Assembly (NCBI RefSeq): GCF_900232105.1
Contig: NZ_LT934425.1
Span: forward strand, 1 to 32,000
Source: Candidatus Kuenenia stuttgartensis
GTDB lineage: Bacteria > Planctomycetota > Brocadiia > Brocadiales > Brocadiaceae
Direction of reading: 5' to 3'
Length of the DNA stretch: 32,000 bases
The notes beneath the pieces are model-generated. The model saw nothing but the letters and a program-made list of their open reading frames with translations. It did no database searches and was not told where the DNA came from. Positions 18,928-27,463 of this stretch are shown piece by piece. Numbering within the stretch: the first letter of the stretch is position 1; each line of letters begins with the position of its first letter. The position numbers and the translations under genes were made by a program.

Positions 18928-19239
18928 TTAACAGCTATCTTCTTCTTTTTCTTCTCCCTTTTTCTGCACGATCTCTTGTAAAAAAATTGTTACTTTTTCT
19001 ATATTTCTTTCATTTAGTGAGTAGTAGACCCATTTACCTTCCTTACGGTCTTTAATGAGACCGCTTCCCCGTAAAATTCCCAAGTGGTGAGAAACAAGAT
19101 TTTGCGGAAGTTTAAAATATTTATAAATATGACACACGCATTTTTCGCCGGATGCAAGATACGAAATAATATTGAGACGGATTTCACCGCTCAACGCTTT
19201 TAGTAATTTGGCAAATTGTTGGGTTTTGATAGTGTTCAT
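18928..19239 (-). CDS. arsR: ArsR-family metalloregulator
   Basis: AKLLKALSGEIRLNIISYLASGEKCVCHIYKYFKLPQNLVSHHLGILRGSGLIKDRKEGKWVYYSL; CVC metal-binding pair; upstream of the ACR3 gene on the same strand. Confidence 0.93.
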   Translation of the reverse strand: MNTIKTQQFAKLLKALSGEIRLNIISYLASGEKCVCHIYKYFKLPQNLVSHHLGILRGSGLIKDRKEGKWVYYSLNERNIEKVTIFLQEIVQKKGEEKEEDSC

Positions 19240-19307
19240 AAATATATATCAAATTATCTTGATATAATATGAATTGAAAACCTGAATGTCAAGGTCAAGG
19301 TGCTTGT

Positions 19308-19707
19308 GGGTACATTCCAGATTTTTTGAAACTGTCTGCACAATGTAACAAAAGCATCCTGCTTGTGATATTTAATACACAAGCGGCCTTGCCTATACGT
19401 CCCGGCACGCAGACAGGCGACTCTCCCAGACCGGGACGGTCTGGCTACCTTCGGAAACGTACGCAGACAGGTAAGCATCATAGAGACACGCCATGGCGTG
19501 TCTCTACTAATTGTTTATAGCTAAAAGTATTTATTCCCCTAAAATTTAATATACAATCCAGGTATCAATAGATGGGTGGCGCAGGCATTTTGCCTTTGCG
19601 GAATACAGGCAGGAATGCCTGTACCACCCTTGCAATAAATTTTATTATTCATCTTCCAAAAAACCTTATTTTTTTACTTATATTTACAAAAAATCGGGAA
19701 TGCCCCC
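19308..19707. mobile_element. Non-autonomous MITE-like element, ~400 bp, same terminal family
   Basis: Left end GGGTACATTCCAGATTTTTTG (from 19308), right end TTTACAAAAAATCGGGAATGCCCCC (to 19707), flanked by an 8-bp direct repeat GTGCTTGT (19300-19307 and 19708-19715). Confidence 0.75.
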
Positions 19708-20042
19708 GTGCTTGTTATGATAAAAATAATTTTTCCGTTCATACTTTCAGTAAAGCGGCTTTGTTGCCTGAAAGGTGATGAGAATGCTGTTAGCAGGGAT
19801 GAGACAGGTCGGATAACACCACAGAAAAATATCACAAGAAACCGTGGCAATTTGAGCAAAGTCTGGGCATCAAATACTTCTCTCACTAAAACGCATAAGA
19901 GAGCGCCATGGGAAGAAAAGACCAGGAGAACAGGCGTATGGCAATCTACCCTTCTTTAAATAAATCGCTGAAAAGGAATTTACACAAGATTGTTGACAGT
20001 ACCCGTTCTTCTTTGCAAAGACAACTTTTTATCGTTCATGCA

Positions 20043-21662
20043 TTATCTGGTCATTCTGCGTGATGATAATTCATAGTCGGTTAAAATGTCGTAGAACAGC
20101 TCTGGCTTTTTTTCTTTCAGTTCTATCATATAATCCAAAAATTTCCGGGTACCATCACCTAAAATCTTTCTTACTTTTTCCATTAAGAAAGGATGCTTCT
20201 GTGCTTCATAAATAAAAGGCTTATCAGGGTTCACCTGCTTAAACATTTTAACATCCTGGATGAAATGTAAAATATAAATCATATCCTGAAAAAGGGTATC
20301 CATGCCATAAGTGCTCGCCCGATCCATGAAGTCTTTAAATACATGATAGACTGAAACATACTCCAGAATCACTGATTCCATTGCATCCAATGAAAAATAT
20401 TCCAGGTGTTCCGCATCGCTGCGCATGTGCTTTAATTCTTCTAAACTTGCATTTTTGATCTTCGACATTGTTATTACCGGGAATTTTAATGCACTAAAAT
20501 TGGTGACAAAAAAGTTACGCATCTCAGAACGATACAGGTGACTCTTTATGTACATCAATTGATTAAATTTTTCTGCCTTTTCTTTTCTTTCTAACAGCCT
20601 TTCTATTAATAATGCACCCAGCAATATTTCAAGGGGTATTGCAGCCACGTGCAACATAAACTCGATATGTGTCGCATAAAAAACATATAAAGAGCATGCC
20701 GATGCTGTTATCAAAGAAATATAGAGCCATGCTTTTTTTGTAAATTTAGCCAGAGACAGCTTAAGTTTCAATGAAAAGCTTTCCAGACGTCTGGATTGAT
20801 TAACGGCAGTTTTCTTGTATACGCTCAATAAACTCGTTTGCGTGGCAATGATCGACCAGAGTCTCTCGGTTTCGTCAAGCACGGTCTTCTCGTTTATGTA
20901 AATTTTTTTTGATACAAAGGGCAATACCGCCATCCTTGTATTCAAGGCGAGATATTTGAACATCTCTGCCGTATTCCGTGGAACCCTCGTTTTCGAAAAT
21001 ATAACCACCGTAAATAAATTCCCCGTAGGCAACATACTTCCAAACCCCAATGCCGATTTAATTCCGAAAGGTATCACAAATTCATCCTGAGCTGGAATAT
21101 GGGGACTTCCCAGGGCATCGGGCACGTGAAACACATTAAAAATCTTACTTTCCAGCTCAGTCTCAAGAGTAGGACGAGGATGTAGCACCTTGTCAATATC
21201 TATCCCGAACTGGTAAACCAATTGGGCGATCATAGGATGCTTATCCACCGTTTGCTTATCTACCAGGGGAATAACCCGGTGTCCCTTGGAGCGTTTTATC
21301 GAATTCCACTCAGGTTGCAGTCCCACTGTTGCTAAGAGGACTAAGCAACTCGTAGTATTAGTCAAACGTTGCCCCTCTGACATCATGTTGGCTAATTGAC
21401 GTAATTCTTCGTCAAGGCTTTCGTAGGTATATGTTATGAAAAAGCGCACCAGTGCAGAGGACTTTTCACCTGTCCGCCTGTCAATAAGGTGTTCGTAAAA
21501 ATAGTGGACCACCGAATCAGCCAGTTCCTCTACACCTTTCGCTTTATACCCAAGGTGCTCCAGTGCATCTCCACATCGGGTCATGTCCTGAATGGTAAAA
21601 TTTGTAAGATCGTACATTGCTTTATTTACCTGTAATATTCTTGGTGCGGCCTTTGGCTGCAA
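20043..21662 (-). CDS. Predicted membrane protein with N-terminal sensor/GAF-like region
   Basis: Soluble region HVPDALGSPHIPAQDEFVIPFGIKSALGFGSMLPTGNLFTVVIFSKTRVPRNTAEMFKYLAL, then hydrophobic segments AWLYISLITASACSLYVFYATHIEFMLHVAAIPLEILLGALLI, then a long C-terminal helical region. Confidence 0.5.
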   Translation of the reverse strand: MQPKAAPRILQVNKAMYDLTNFTIQDMTRCGDALEHLGYKAKGVEELADSVVHYFYEHLIDRRTGEKSSALVRFFITYTYESLDEELRQLANMMSEGQRLTNTTSCLVLLATVGLQPEWNSIKRSKGHRVIPLVDKQTVDKHPMIAQLVYQFGIDIDKVLHPRPTLETELESKIFNVFHVPDALGSPHIPAQDEFVIPFGIKSALGFGSMLPTGNLFTVVIFSKTRVPRNTAEMFKYLALNTRMAVLPFVSKKIYINEKTVLDETERLWSIIATQTSLLSVYKKTAVNQSRRLESFSLKLKLSLAKFTKKAWLYISLITASACSLYVFYATHIEFMLHVAAIPLEILLGALLIERLLERKEKAEKFNQLMYIKSHLYRSEMRNFFVTNFSALKFPVITMSKIKNASLEELKHMRSDAEHLEYFSLDAMESVILEYVSVYHVFKDFMDRASTYGMDTLFQDMIYILHFIQDVKMFKQVNPDKPFIYEAQKHPFLMEKVRKILGDGTRKFLDYMIELKEKKPELFYDILTDYELSSRRMTR

Positions 21663-21691
21663 CCAAATTCGAAATACGAAACTTCTATTCT

Positions 21692-21894
21692 ATGGGTGCA
21701 TTCCCGATTTTTTGTAAATATTCGCACATGCCTGTTGGTTGACAGGTATTGTATCGCAAACATCTTGTTTGATTAACCCTGACAGGGTTGTTTCTGCCAT
21801 TTTCAAGCGGTAAAAGACAGGTTTGAAAACTGTCTCTACGTTACTGTTAACCCCTACTGATTGTTTTTTTTGCAAAAAAATCGGGAATGCACCC
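21692..21894. mobile_element. Non-autonomous MITE-like element, ~203 bp, same terminal family
   Basis: Left GGGTGCATTCCCGATTTTTTG (21694-21714), right CAAAAAAATCGGGAATGCACCC (21873-21894), flanked by direct repeat ACTTCTATTCT (21681-21691 and 21895-21905). Confidence 0.8.
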
Positions 21895-21983
21895 ACTTCT
21901 ATTCTTGATTGGTGATTGGATTCTTGATGCCACATGATAAATACAATTAACAATTGTTTTTTTAGTTCACATCTTTTACCTGC

Positions 21984-23354
21984 CTATAGACACTCATCTA
22001 TTACCGTTTTTAAGTCAACCTTAAAAATATCCGAAAACCTTCTGTACGTTTCTGCCTGTCTGAAGTAGTTTAAATGATAGACATGTTGCCACGGTTCGTA
22101 GTTAAACTTTATTCCGCTTTTAATACCGGTTGGCCATGGAACGACCATCTTGTCTGTGTCAACGACCAGGTCATTTGGATCGCCGAAATAGACGTCGGCA
22201 ATGCTATCCGTTATATCGTCTTTAAGCCCTCCTTTGAAAATGCCCGACGGTTCAAAATCCGACCCAATGGTGTTATATACAACATCGCCGCCGATACTGC
22301 TACTGCTTTTGTTCAGTTTTTTAATAAATTCAGAATTGGGATTCATTGCCCAGACGCCCGGTATTGCATTCGGTTCCTTTAATTTAGACGCGGCAAACTT
22401 TATCAGCCCTCCCACGAGATTGAAAAATATCTTCATCGGCGCCCCACCCGTGAAAAAGAATATGTTTGTCAGAAGGTCGATCTTTTTGGCCAGTGAGTCC
22501 CATTTTCCAGGATTTGCAAGACTCGTCCCACCGGCAGGGCATGCGACCATTACAGCATTGTCTACATTTAAATAACCATTGCACAGTTCCACAAATGAGC
22601 GCAATACAAGTCCTCCACGGCTGTGCGTTACAGTATCGAATTTTATTCCCGTATCTAAAATACCAGTACTCTCCAATGTAGACAGCATGTCTTTTGCATT
22701 ATCCTCAGGGGTTTTAGACAAGGTAAAATGGTCATATCCTAAAATAACGGGATATTTATTTTTTAAAACCGCCAGTATTTTTTGCGGCACATCTGCATAT
22801 CCACCTTCGATTGAACTCCCCGTGCCATGTATAAAAAGGAGCGCTTTCTTTTTATCTTTCATTACGTCTTTAATACCGCCCCAATCCGAAACCGGATCGG
22901 CAGTTGTAAGGCCTTCAATAAAACCTAAATTGTGTTCTATTCGTTTAAAACCTTCCTTAATTTTTCTCCCTTCGTATTCACGCAGCATATTGTTGATAGC
23001 CGCCGAACTGCCTTCTTGTATCCAATCTGTCGCAAATTTAAAGACGTGAACAACCTTGCTCCATAAACCCCTTGTGGTTCTGTCCTGCACTTTAAACGGA
23101 ACACTAAAGAGACTAATATGCCTGCCGTCATCGGATACCAAATCCCTGTTACTCACACAATCGTTGTTTTTAAAGTGCCAGGACCAAACGCCATCTTCAT
23201 AAGACAGAAGAACTGCCTCTTCACCAGGATTGCATCTTATAGCAAGCGGAATGGGTTTTACCATTTCTTCAACACCAAAAGCACGCTGCTCATTCGGACA
23301 AAATTCAAAGACTTTTTCAATTTTAAAATCCTTGCTGTCTTCCAGAAAATCCAA
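21984..23354 (-). CDS. Alpha/beta hydrolase (lipase-like)
   Basis: KKALLFIHGTGSSIEGGYADVPQKI (oxyanion region), FDTVTHSRGGLVLRSFVELC (nucleophile elbow variant HSRGG), late Asp/His candidates (GDPNDLVVDTD, WQHVYHLNYF). TTG start is uncertain; frame stays open to 23493. Confidence 0.75.
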   Translation of the reverse strand: MDFLEDSKDFKIEKVFEFCPNEQRAFGVEEMVKPIPLAIRCNPGEEAVLLSYEDGVWSWHFKNNDCVSNRDLVSDDGRHISLFSVPFKVQDRTTRGLWSKVVHVFKFATDWIQEGSSAAINNMLREYEGRKIKEGFKRIEHNLGFIEGLTTADPVSDWGGIKDVMKDKKKALLFIHGTGSSIEGGYADVPQKILAVLKNKYPVILGYDHFTLSKTPEDNAKDMLSTLESTGILDTGIKFDTVTHSRGGLVLRSFVELCNGYLNVDNAVMVACPAGGTSLANPGKWDSLAKKIDLLTNIFFFTGGAPMKIFFNLVGGLIKFAASKLKEPNAIPGVWAMNPNSEFIKKLNKSSSSIGGDVVYNTIGSDFEPSGIFKGGLKDDITDSIADVYFGDPNDLVVDTDKMVVPWPTGIKSGIKFNYEPWQHVYHLNYFRQAETYRRFSDIFKVDLKTVIDECL

Positions 23355-23552
23355 ACAATCCGGATTATAAGCACTTCCCAGTGCATCGCGACGTCCGCTC
23401 TGCGCTTCTTTAGCATTTGCTATCCCGGTCAGGTCCTTTATCGTTCCTACAAATTCAGACGTAGAAGGCAGGATAATATATCTTTAGAAATGGCATATTT
23501 TGAGTGTTTTGTAGAAATGTTTATACGTTTTACAGTTTTATAGGATTCGGGA

Positions 23553-23611
23553 GTAGAGACAGGTTTGAAACCTGTCTCTACCATGTAGTGCGACGAACCT
23601 CGTCGCACTAC
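23553..23611. repeat. Two tandem hairpins in the hydrolase / small protein intergenic region
   Basis: GTAGAGACAGGTTT-G-AAACCTGTCTCTAC (23553-23581) and GTAGTGCGACGA-ACC-TCGTCGCACTAC (23585-23611), both perfect stems. Confidence 0.85.
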
Positions 23612-23629
23612 AAATGACAATTTCCAGTT

Positions 23630-24043
23630 TCAAAAGACTAAAGTGTGAAAAACCTTTGTAAAGCCTGCGACTGTCGCTTCTCCGCCAATTTTTGTTCCGT
23701 GTTTACGAATCTTGCTGCAATGGGTGCGCAAGTCATCGATATGGTTTTCGAGATGCTGCGCCTCCGTCTTTGACTGGATGAAATAGTCATTGAATCGCAC
23801 CAATTCCGATCCTTGGACGTCTGCGTAGATAGCAAACCTAAAGTTAGTCAAGACGGCTGAAGCGCGCTTAATGAGTAACAGACTTTTTTGCAACTCATCC
23901 ACCATAAGGCGCAAGTCGCTCCGAACTTCAGGATGCTTGGCTTCGATATAGTCTTTTCCGCTTTTGACTGCCTCGGCAATCGTCTTAACGCTGTCGATTC
24001 CTTCTGTAACGAGTTTCAGTGCGTCGATCATGTCCTTGAGCAT
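23630..24043 (-). CDS. Small predicted all-helical protein (137 aa), hypothetical
   Basis: ORF immediately upstream (same strand) of the hydrolase; heptad-like helical sequence MLKDMIDALKLVTEGIDSVKTIAEAVKSGKDYIEAKHPEV... Confidence 0.5.
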   Translation of the reverse strand: MLKDMIDALKLVTEGIDSVKTIAEAVKSGKDYIEAKHPEVRSDLRLMVDELQKSLLLIKRASAVLTNFRFAIYADVQGSELVRFNDYFIQSKTEAQHLENHIDDLRTHCSKIRKHGTKIGGEATVAGFTKVFHTLVF

Positions 24044-24547
24044 TGTGTATTAACCTCACTACGTAGTTTGTAAGAAACCAGAATGCGCCTCTTCTGACGT
24101 AACGCTCCGGATGTACGGCATCGGCCATAAAAGTATCAGGAAACATGGTGCGTTGTCCCCGGTGTCCGCACCAGACGGTTGTTAACTCATTTGTCTGTTC
24201 ACTGAGAGTGGCGATTGCACTCGCCATTTATTTGTAAATGTCTTCGGGGAGCCACATGGCCAACTCCCATGACATTTGGTTAACCATTCTGTATCCGAAT
24301 CAGGAGAGTTCTCCTTCAGGCTTCTTGCTAGTGCCAGATACTCAGCAACTCTGACTGCTTGTTCGCGCACCTTTACTTCCCATTTCAGATTTTCAAGAAA
24401 AGCGGAGTGCTCTTTTCGGAGTGACGTCTTGAGTCTTTCGCTGATTCAGAGTGATGGAAGGTATTGAAGCACTCCGAAGAGGATCACTCTCAAACTAATT
24501 TCTGGCAACCCAAGTGTGAATGCCATTTTTTCTTCTGCTAACAATAA

Positions 24548-24564
24548 TTATACAGTCTGTATAA
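24548..24564. promoter_or_regulatory. 17-nt palindrome TTATACAGTCTGTATAA, candidate operator
   Basis: Perfect dyad with single central base; related site at 24684-24698. Confidence 0.4.
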
Positions 24565-24683
24565 AACGGCAAACACGAACTGCCTCAGTATGTCTAAAAA
24601 GTTGCCGCGTATTTTTTTTTGACGTATTGTAACTTATTTTTATCATGTTATTGCTGCATTTCAGCTAATCGCTCATTACGAAT

Positions 24684-24698
24684 TATACAGACTGTATA
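24684..24698. promoter_or_regulatory. 15-nt palindrome TATACAGACTGTATA, candidate operator
   Basis: Same half-site TATACAG/CTGTATA as 24548-24564. Confidence 0.4.
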
Positions 24699-25454
24699 CT
24701 CTGGCCTGTAAACCATCGACCTGACTTCGAATTCCGATATATCCTTTCATGATAAGCTGGAAGGGAATCAGGAATTCCTTTCTTAAAAAATAATCCACCC
24801 TATATAACCCGGCGATTATATTAAAAATACTATCTTTGTAAATACCCTATTCTGGGTGTATACAAATGGGTGTATGCTTTTGGAAATTCTGATATCTCCC
24901 CCGGAATATCCTGAATTTCTTTTTTATTTAAGCAAGATTCCTGCGGCAATCAAGAACTCCATATAGTAAACAAGAAGGGATATACATTATATATTAGTGG
25001 TTTAATTCCTTCTAATCGTTTATGAATTTCACTCCATCTCTAAAATATCCTCCTTTCCTGAATCCACACTCCCAATTCTCAATTAGGATATTTTACCTTA
25101 TTCCAGCCAACCTTTCGAGAAACGGATACATTCTACTCTTGGCATCTGTTTGCTGGCAAAGCCGGTAACAGAGGTCAAGGGTCTGGTTATGAAGAACCCT
25201 GCATTATTACAAATTGATCATTGTGAAAATTTGCTAATGTAAGAATATCGGGAGAGAGATACCTACTTTCTATCACAAAACCTATATTTACAAATATATC
25301 GACAACAATCACTTTTTCTAAATTTCAGAAAGCTTATTCAATTGAGCTGAATCAAGTATTATAAAAAAATACTTGACTTACACTTGTCATTGCCTTAACC
25401 TTACGCCATTTCAAAAAAGCAATTTCCTATCATTTATTCATTATCAATTTATCA

Positions 25455-25495
25455 TTCATTGTCGTAGGTGATGAATCTTTGCAGACGACAATGAA
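25455..25495. promoter_or_regulatory. 11-bp perfect inverted repeat TTCATTGTCGT / ACGACAATGAA upstream of the oxidase-like gene
   Basis: Arms 25455-25465 and 25485-25495, 41 nt upstream of the ATG at 25537. Confidence 0.5.
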
Positions 25496-25536
25496 ATGTA
25501 CAAAAGGATTTTCTTGTCTCGAAAGGAAAAGACTCT

Positions 25537-26226
25537 ATGGAACAGGGAAAAATTGATTTAAAAAAAGAACAGCAGTCGTCCTTGACTCGGACGCGGTATA
25601 AGTATTCATTGGCGGCGAAATGTTTTTTTGTCACGATGGATTGGATTACAGGGAAAAAAGTGACTCTGGCAAAAACAAAGCTCATTGAAATTCTGGCAAG
25701 CATTCCTTACCGGGCATGGGAAGTTCGCCAATATGGGCGGTTGACGTGCTTCTTTCGAAAAAAAGAAGTTGTGGAAGAAGCCCTGAAAATTATGGCATGG
25801 GGGCGGGAAGCCCAGGACAATGAATATTGGCATTTGCGTGTTATTCATGAAAAAATGAAAGAAGACGGCGTTAAAGAACCGTGGTATTTCTTTCCACTGA
25901 TACCCTTCGTGATGGTCATTTCCTATGTGTTGATTACGCGGTTCATGGCGTTGGTAAATATCCGCCGGGCATTTCTTTTTAACGCAGAGTTTGAAGACCA
26001 CGCCGAACATGTTTATGCTCAGTTTGTCGCAGAGAATCCTCAATGGGAGGATCAGCCTGTTCATAATGAGCTGGTTAAACAATATGGGGATCTTAACACT
26101 TGGGCGGATGTGTTCCGGCGCATCGGTTTGGATGAACGCGATCACATGAATGATAGTTTCGTTTTTTGCGGCAAACGTGAGTGTATTGTCAAGTACGACG
26201 GAATGCCTGTTAGAGTGTATGAATGA
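25537..26226 (+). CDS. Alternative-oxidase-like diiron membrane protein
   Basis: Helix 1 LIEILASIPYRAWEVRQY, helix 2 EAQDNEYWHLRVI (cf. ENERMHL), helix 3 FNAEFEDHAEHVYAQFV (cf. LEEEAIHTYTEF), helix 4 NTWADVFRRIGLDERDHMND (cf. VIRADEAHHRDVNH), hydrophobic segment between helices 2 and 3; RBS-like AAAGGAAA upstream. Confidence 0.8.
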   Translation: MEQGKIDLKKEQQSSLTRTRYKYSLAAKCFFVTMDWITGKKVTLAKTKLIEILASIPYRAWEVRQYGRLTCFFRKKEVVEEALKIMAWGREAQDNEYWHLRVIHEKMKEDGVKEPWYFFPLIPFVMVISYVLITRFMALVNIRRAFLFNAEFEDHAEHVYAQFVAENPQWEDQPVHNELVKQYGDLNTWADVFRRIGLDERDHMNDSFVFCGKRECIVKYDGMPVRVYE

Positions 26227-26234
26227 ATATGAGG

Positions 26235-26672
26235 TCACACCTTAATTAGTGATTTAATCTTTGTTATTCTCTTATTAATTTTATCATCTTTCGGAATCCT
26301 TGATCTCATAATAGTTACTTGCCGACTTATTGATGAATAATCAATACTAAACAAGTTACCAATTTCCTGGTTATCATACCAACCTATGTTCCATAAAAGA
26401 TAGATTAATAAATCACGATTTAGTTTATTTTGAATCACTTATCCATGTGCATGCTTTTAGAAATATTGGGTTTATTGGTTTTGGGTAGCAAGTGATAATG
26501 ATTATCCATAAGAACGTAGGCGTAAACCACAACTTCAACCTCAAACCTGTCCGACATATTTCCTAAAGTTTACAGAAACAAAACGTGATCACCATTATTC
26601 CGAAAAATATCTCTTCGCTCATTGCCGCGCGATAAGTTGTGATAATAAACGCCTTTAAATTCTGTACGTCAT
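26235..26672 (-). pseudogene. Degenerate Y1/REP-associated (IS200-like) transposase
   Basis: Minus-strand reading gives GVYYHNLSRGNERRDIFRNNGDHVLFL*TLGNMSDRFEVEVVVYAYVLMDNHYHLLPKTNKPNISKSMHMDK*, followed by the C-terminal HTH LNRDLLIYLLWNIGWYDNQEIGNLFSIDYSSISRQV; HYH motif retained, stops and an internal deletion present. Confidence 0.85.
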
Positions 26673-26746
26673 TGTCTTGTCATCAAAGACAAGGTTGCAG
26701 ACACTATCTTTTATTGTCAAGTATTTAATCACTAATCAAGGTTTGA
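26235..26746. mobile_element. Remnant mobile element bounded by 24-nt inverted repeats
   Basis: TCACACCTTAATTAGTGATTTAAT (26235-26258) versus reverse complement of 26723-26746 TCAAACCTTGATTAGTGATTAAAT: 21/24 matches. Confidence 0.7.
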
Positions 26747-26905
26747 TCCTCATTTCCTCGTCTGCTCTAATTTCTCTTTCCCTTGATGTTCAGTAGGGCT
26801 GATAAACTAAAAAAACTTGTAATTTTCTTTAGTTTTCGCTAAACTGACCCCCCAAATAGAAAAAAATAATTTCCTATCATCTGATGCAAACTAAGGAGGC
26901 TGAAT

Positions 26906-27421
26906 ATGTCAGACCAGAGACCCACCGATGAATTACGCGAGGAACATGCGCATGTACTCAAGAAATTAGACGCACTGGAAAGAATCGTTACTCACCCTGA
27001 CAAACGGCCGGAAACGACTGCAGAACTGAGAACGCTGGCCACCTTTTTCCAGACGGAATTCTGGGTACATTTTACCAAGGAGGAAGAGGCTTTATTCCCG
27101 GAAATGGGCAAGTACACCCTCGTAGGTAAGGGACCTCTTGGCATCATGCTGCGCGAGCATGTTGAGCTTCGTGCAAGTAATGAACTTTGGCAGGCGGCGG
27201 TTGCCGGTTATCTGTCCAACACTGATGGCTCTGAGTTTATTGCGCCGATGAAAGGGAATGCTACTCACTTTGCCTGGATGCTGCGTGACCACATCAACAA
27301 AGAAGACAACTCGCTGTTTGTCATGGCCGAGCAATGGCTAAAACCAATCGAAAAACAGAATGTCGCCCGACTATTCATTGAAATTGAGGCTAAAGAAAGT
27401 GCGGCTGTGAAACAGACATAA
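26906..27421 (+). CDS. Hemerythrin (HHE) domain protein
   Basis: EEHAHVLKKLDAL, WVHFTKEEEALFPEM, LREHVELR, HFAWMLRDHINKEDNSLFVMAEQWL; strong RBS AAGGAGG at ~26890. Confidence 0.88.
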   Translation: MSDQRPTDELREEHAHVLKKLDALERIVTHPDKRPETTAELRTLATFFQTEFWVHFTKEEEALFPEMGKYTLVGKGPLGIMLREHVELRASNELWQAAVAGYLSNTDGSEFIAPMKGNATHFAWMLRDHINKEDNSLFVMAEQWLKPIEKQNVARLFIEIEAKESAAVKQT

Positions 27422-27463
27422 TGTGTTTTAAGAATACTTCAACCTCCCGACATTAGTCATTGG

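Noticed and set aside
22579-23049. 156-aa plus-strand ORF antisense to the hydrolase
   Set aside because: The minus-strand frame carries recognisable hydrolase motifs.
24182-24370. 62-aa minus-strand ORF (REQAVRVAEYLALARSLKENSPDS...)
   Set aside because: The front half looks protein-like and the frame extends further upstream, but the tail reads as noise and no family is recognisable; possible gene remnant, not supportable as a CDS.
25606-26238. 210-aa minus-strand ORF antisense to the oxidase-like gene
   Set aside because: The plus strand shows diiron helix motifs and an RBS; the minus ORF has neither.
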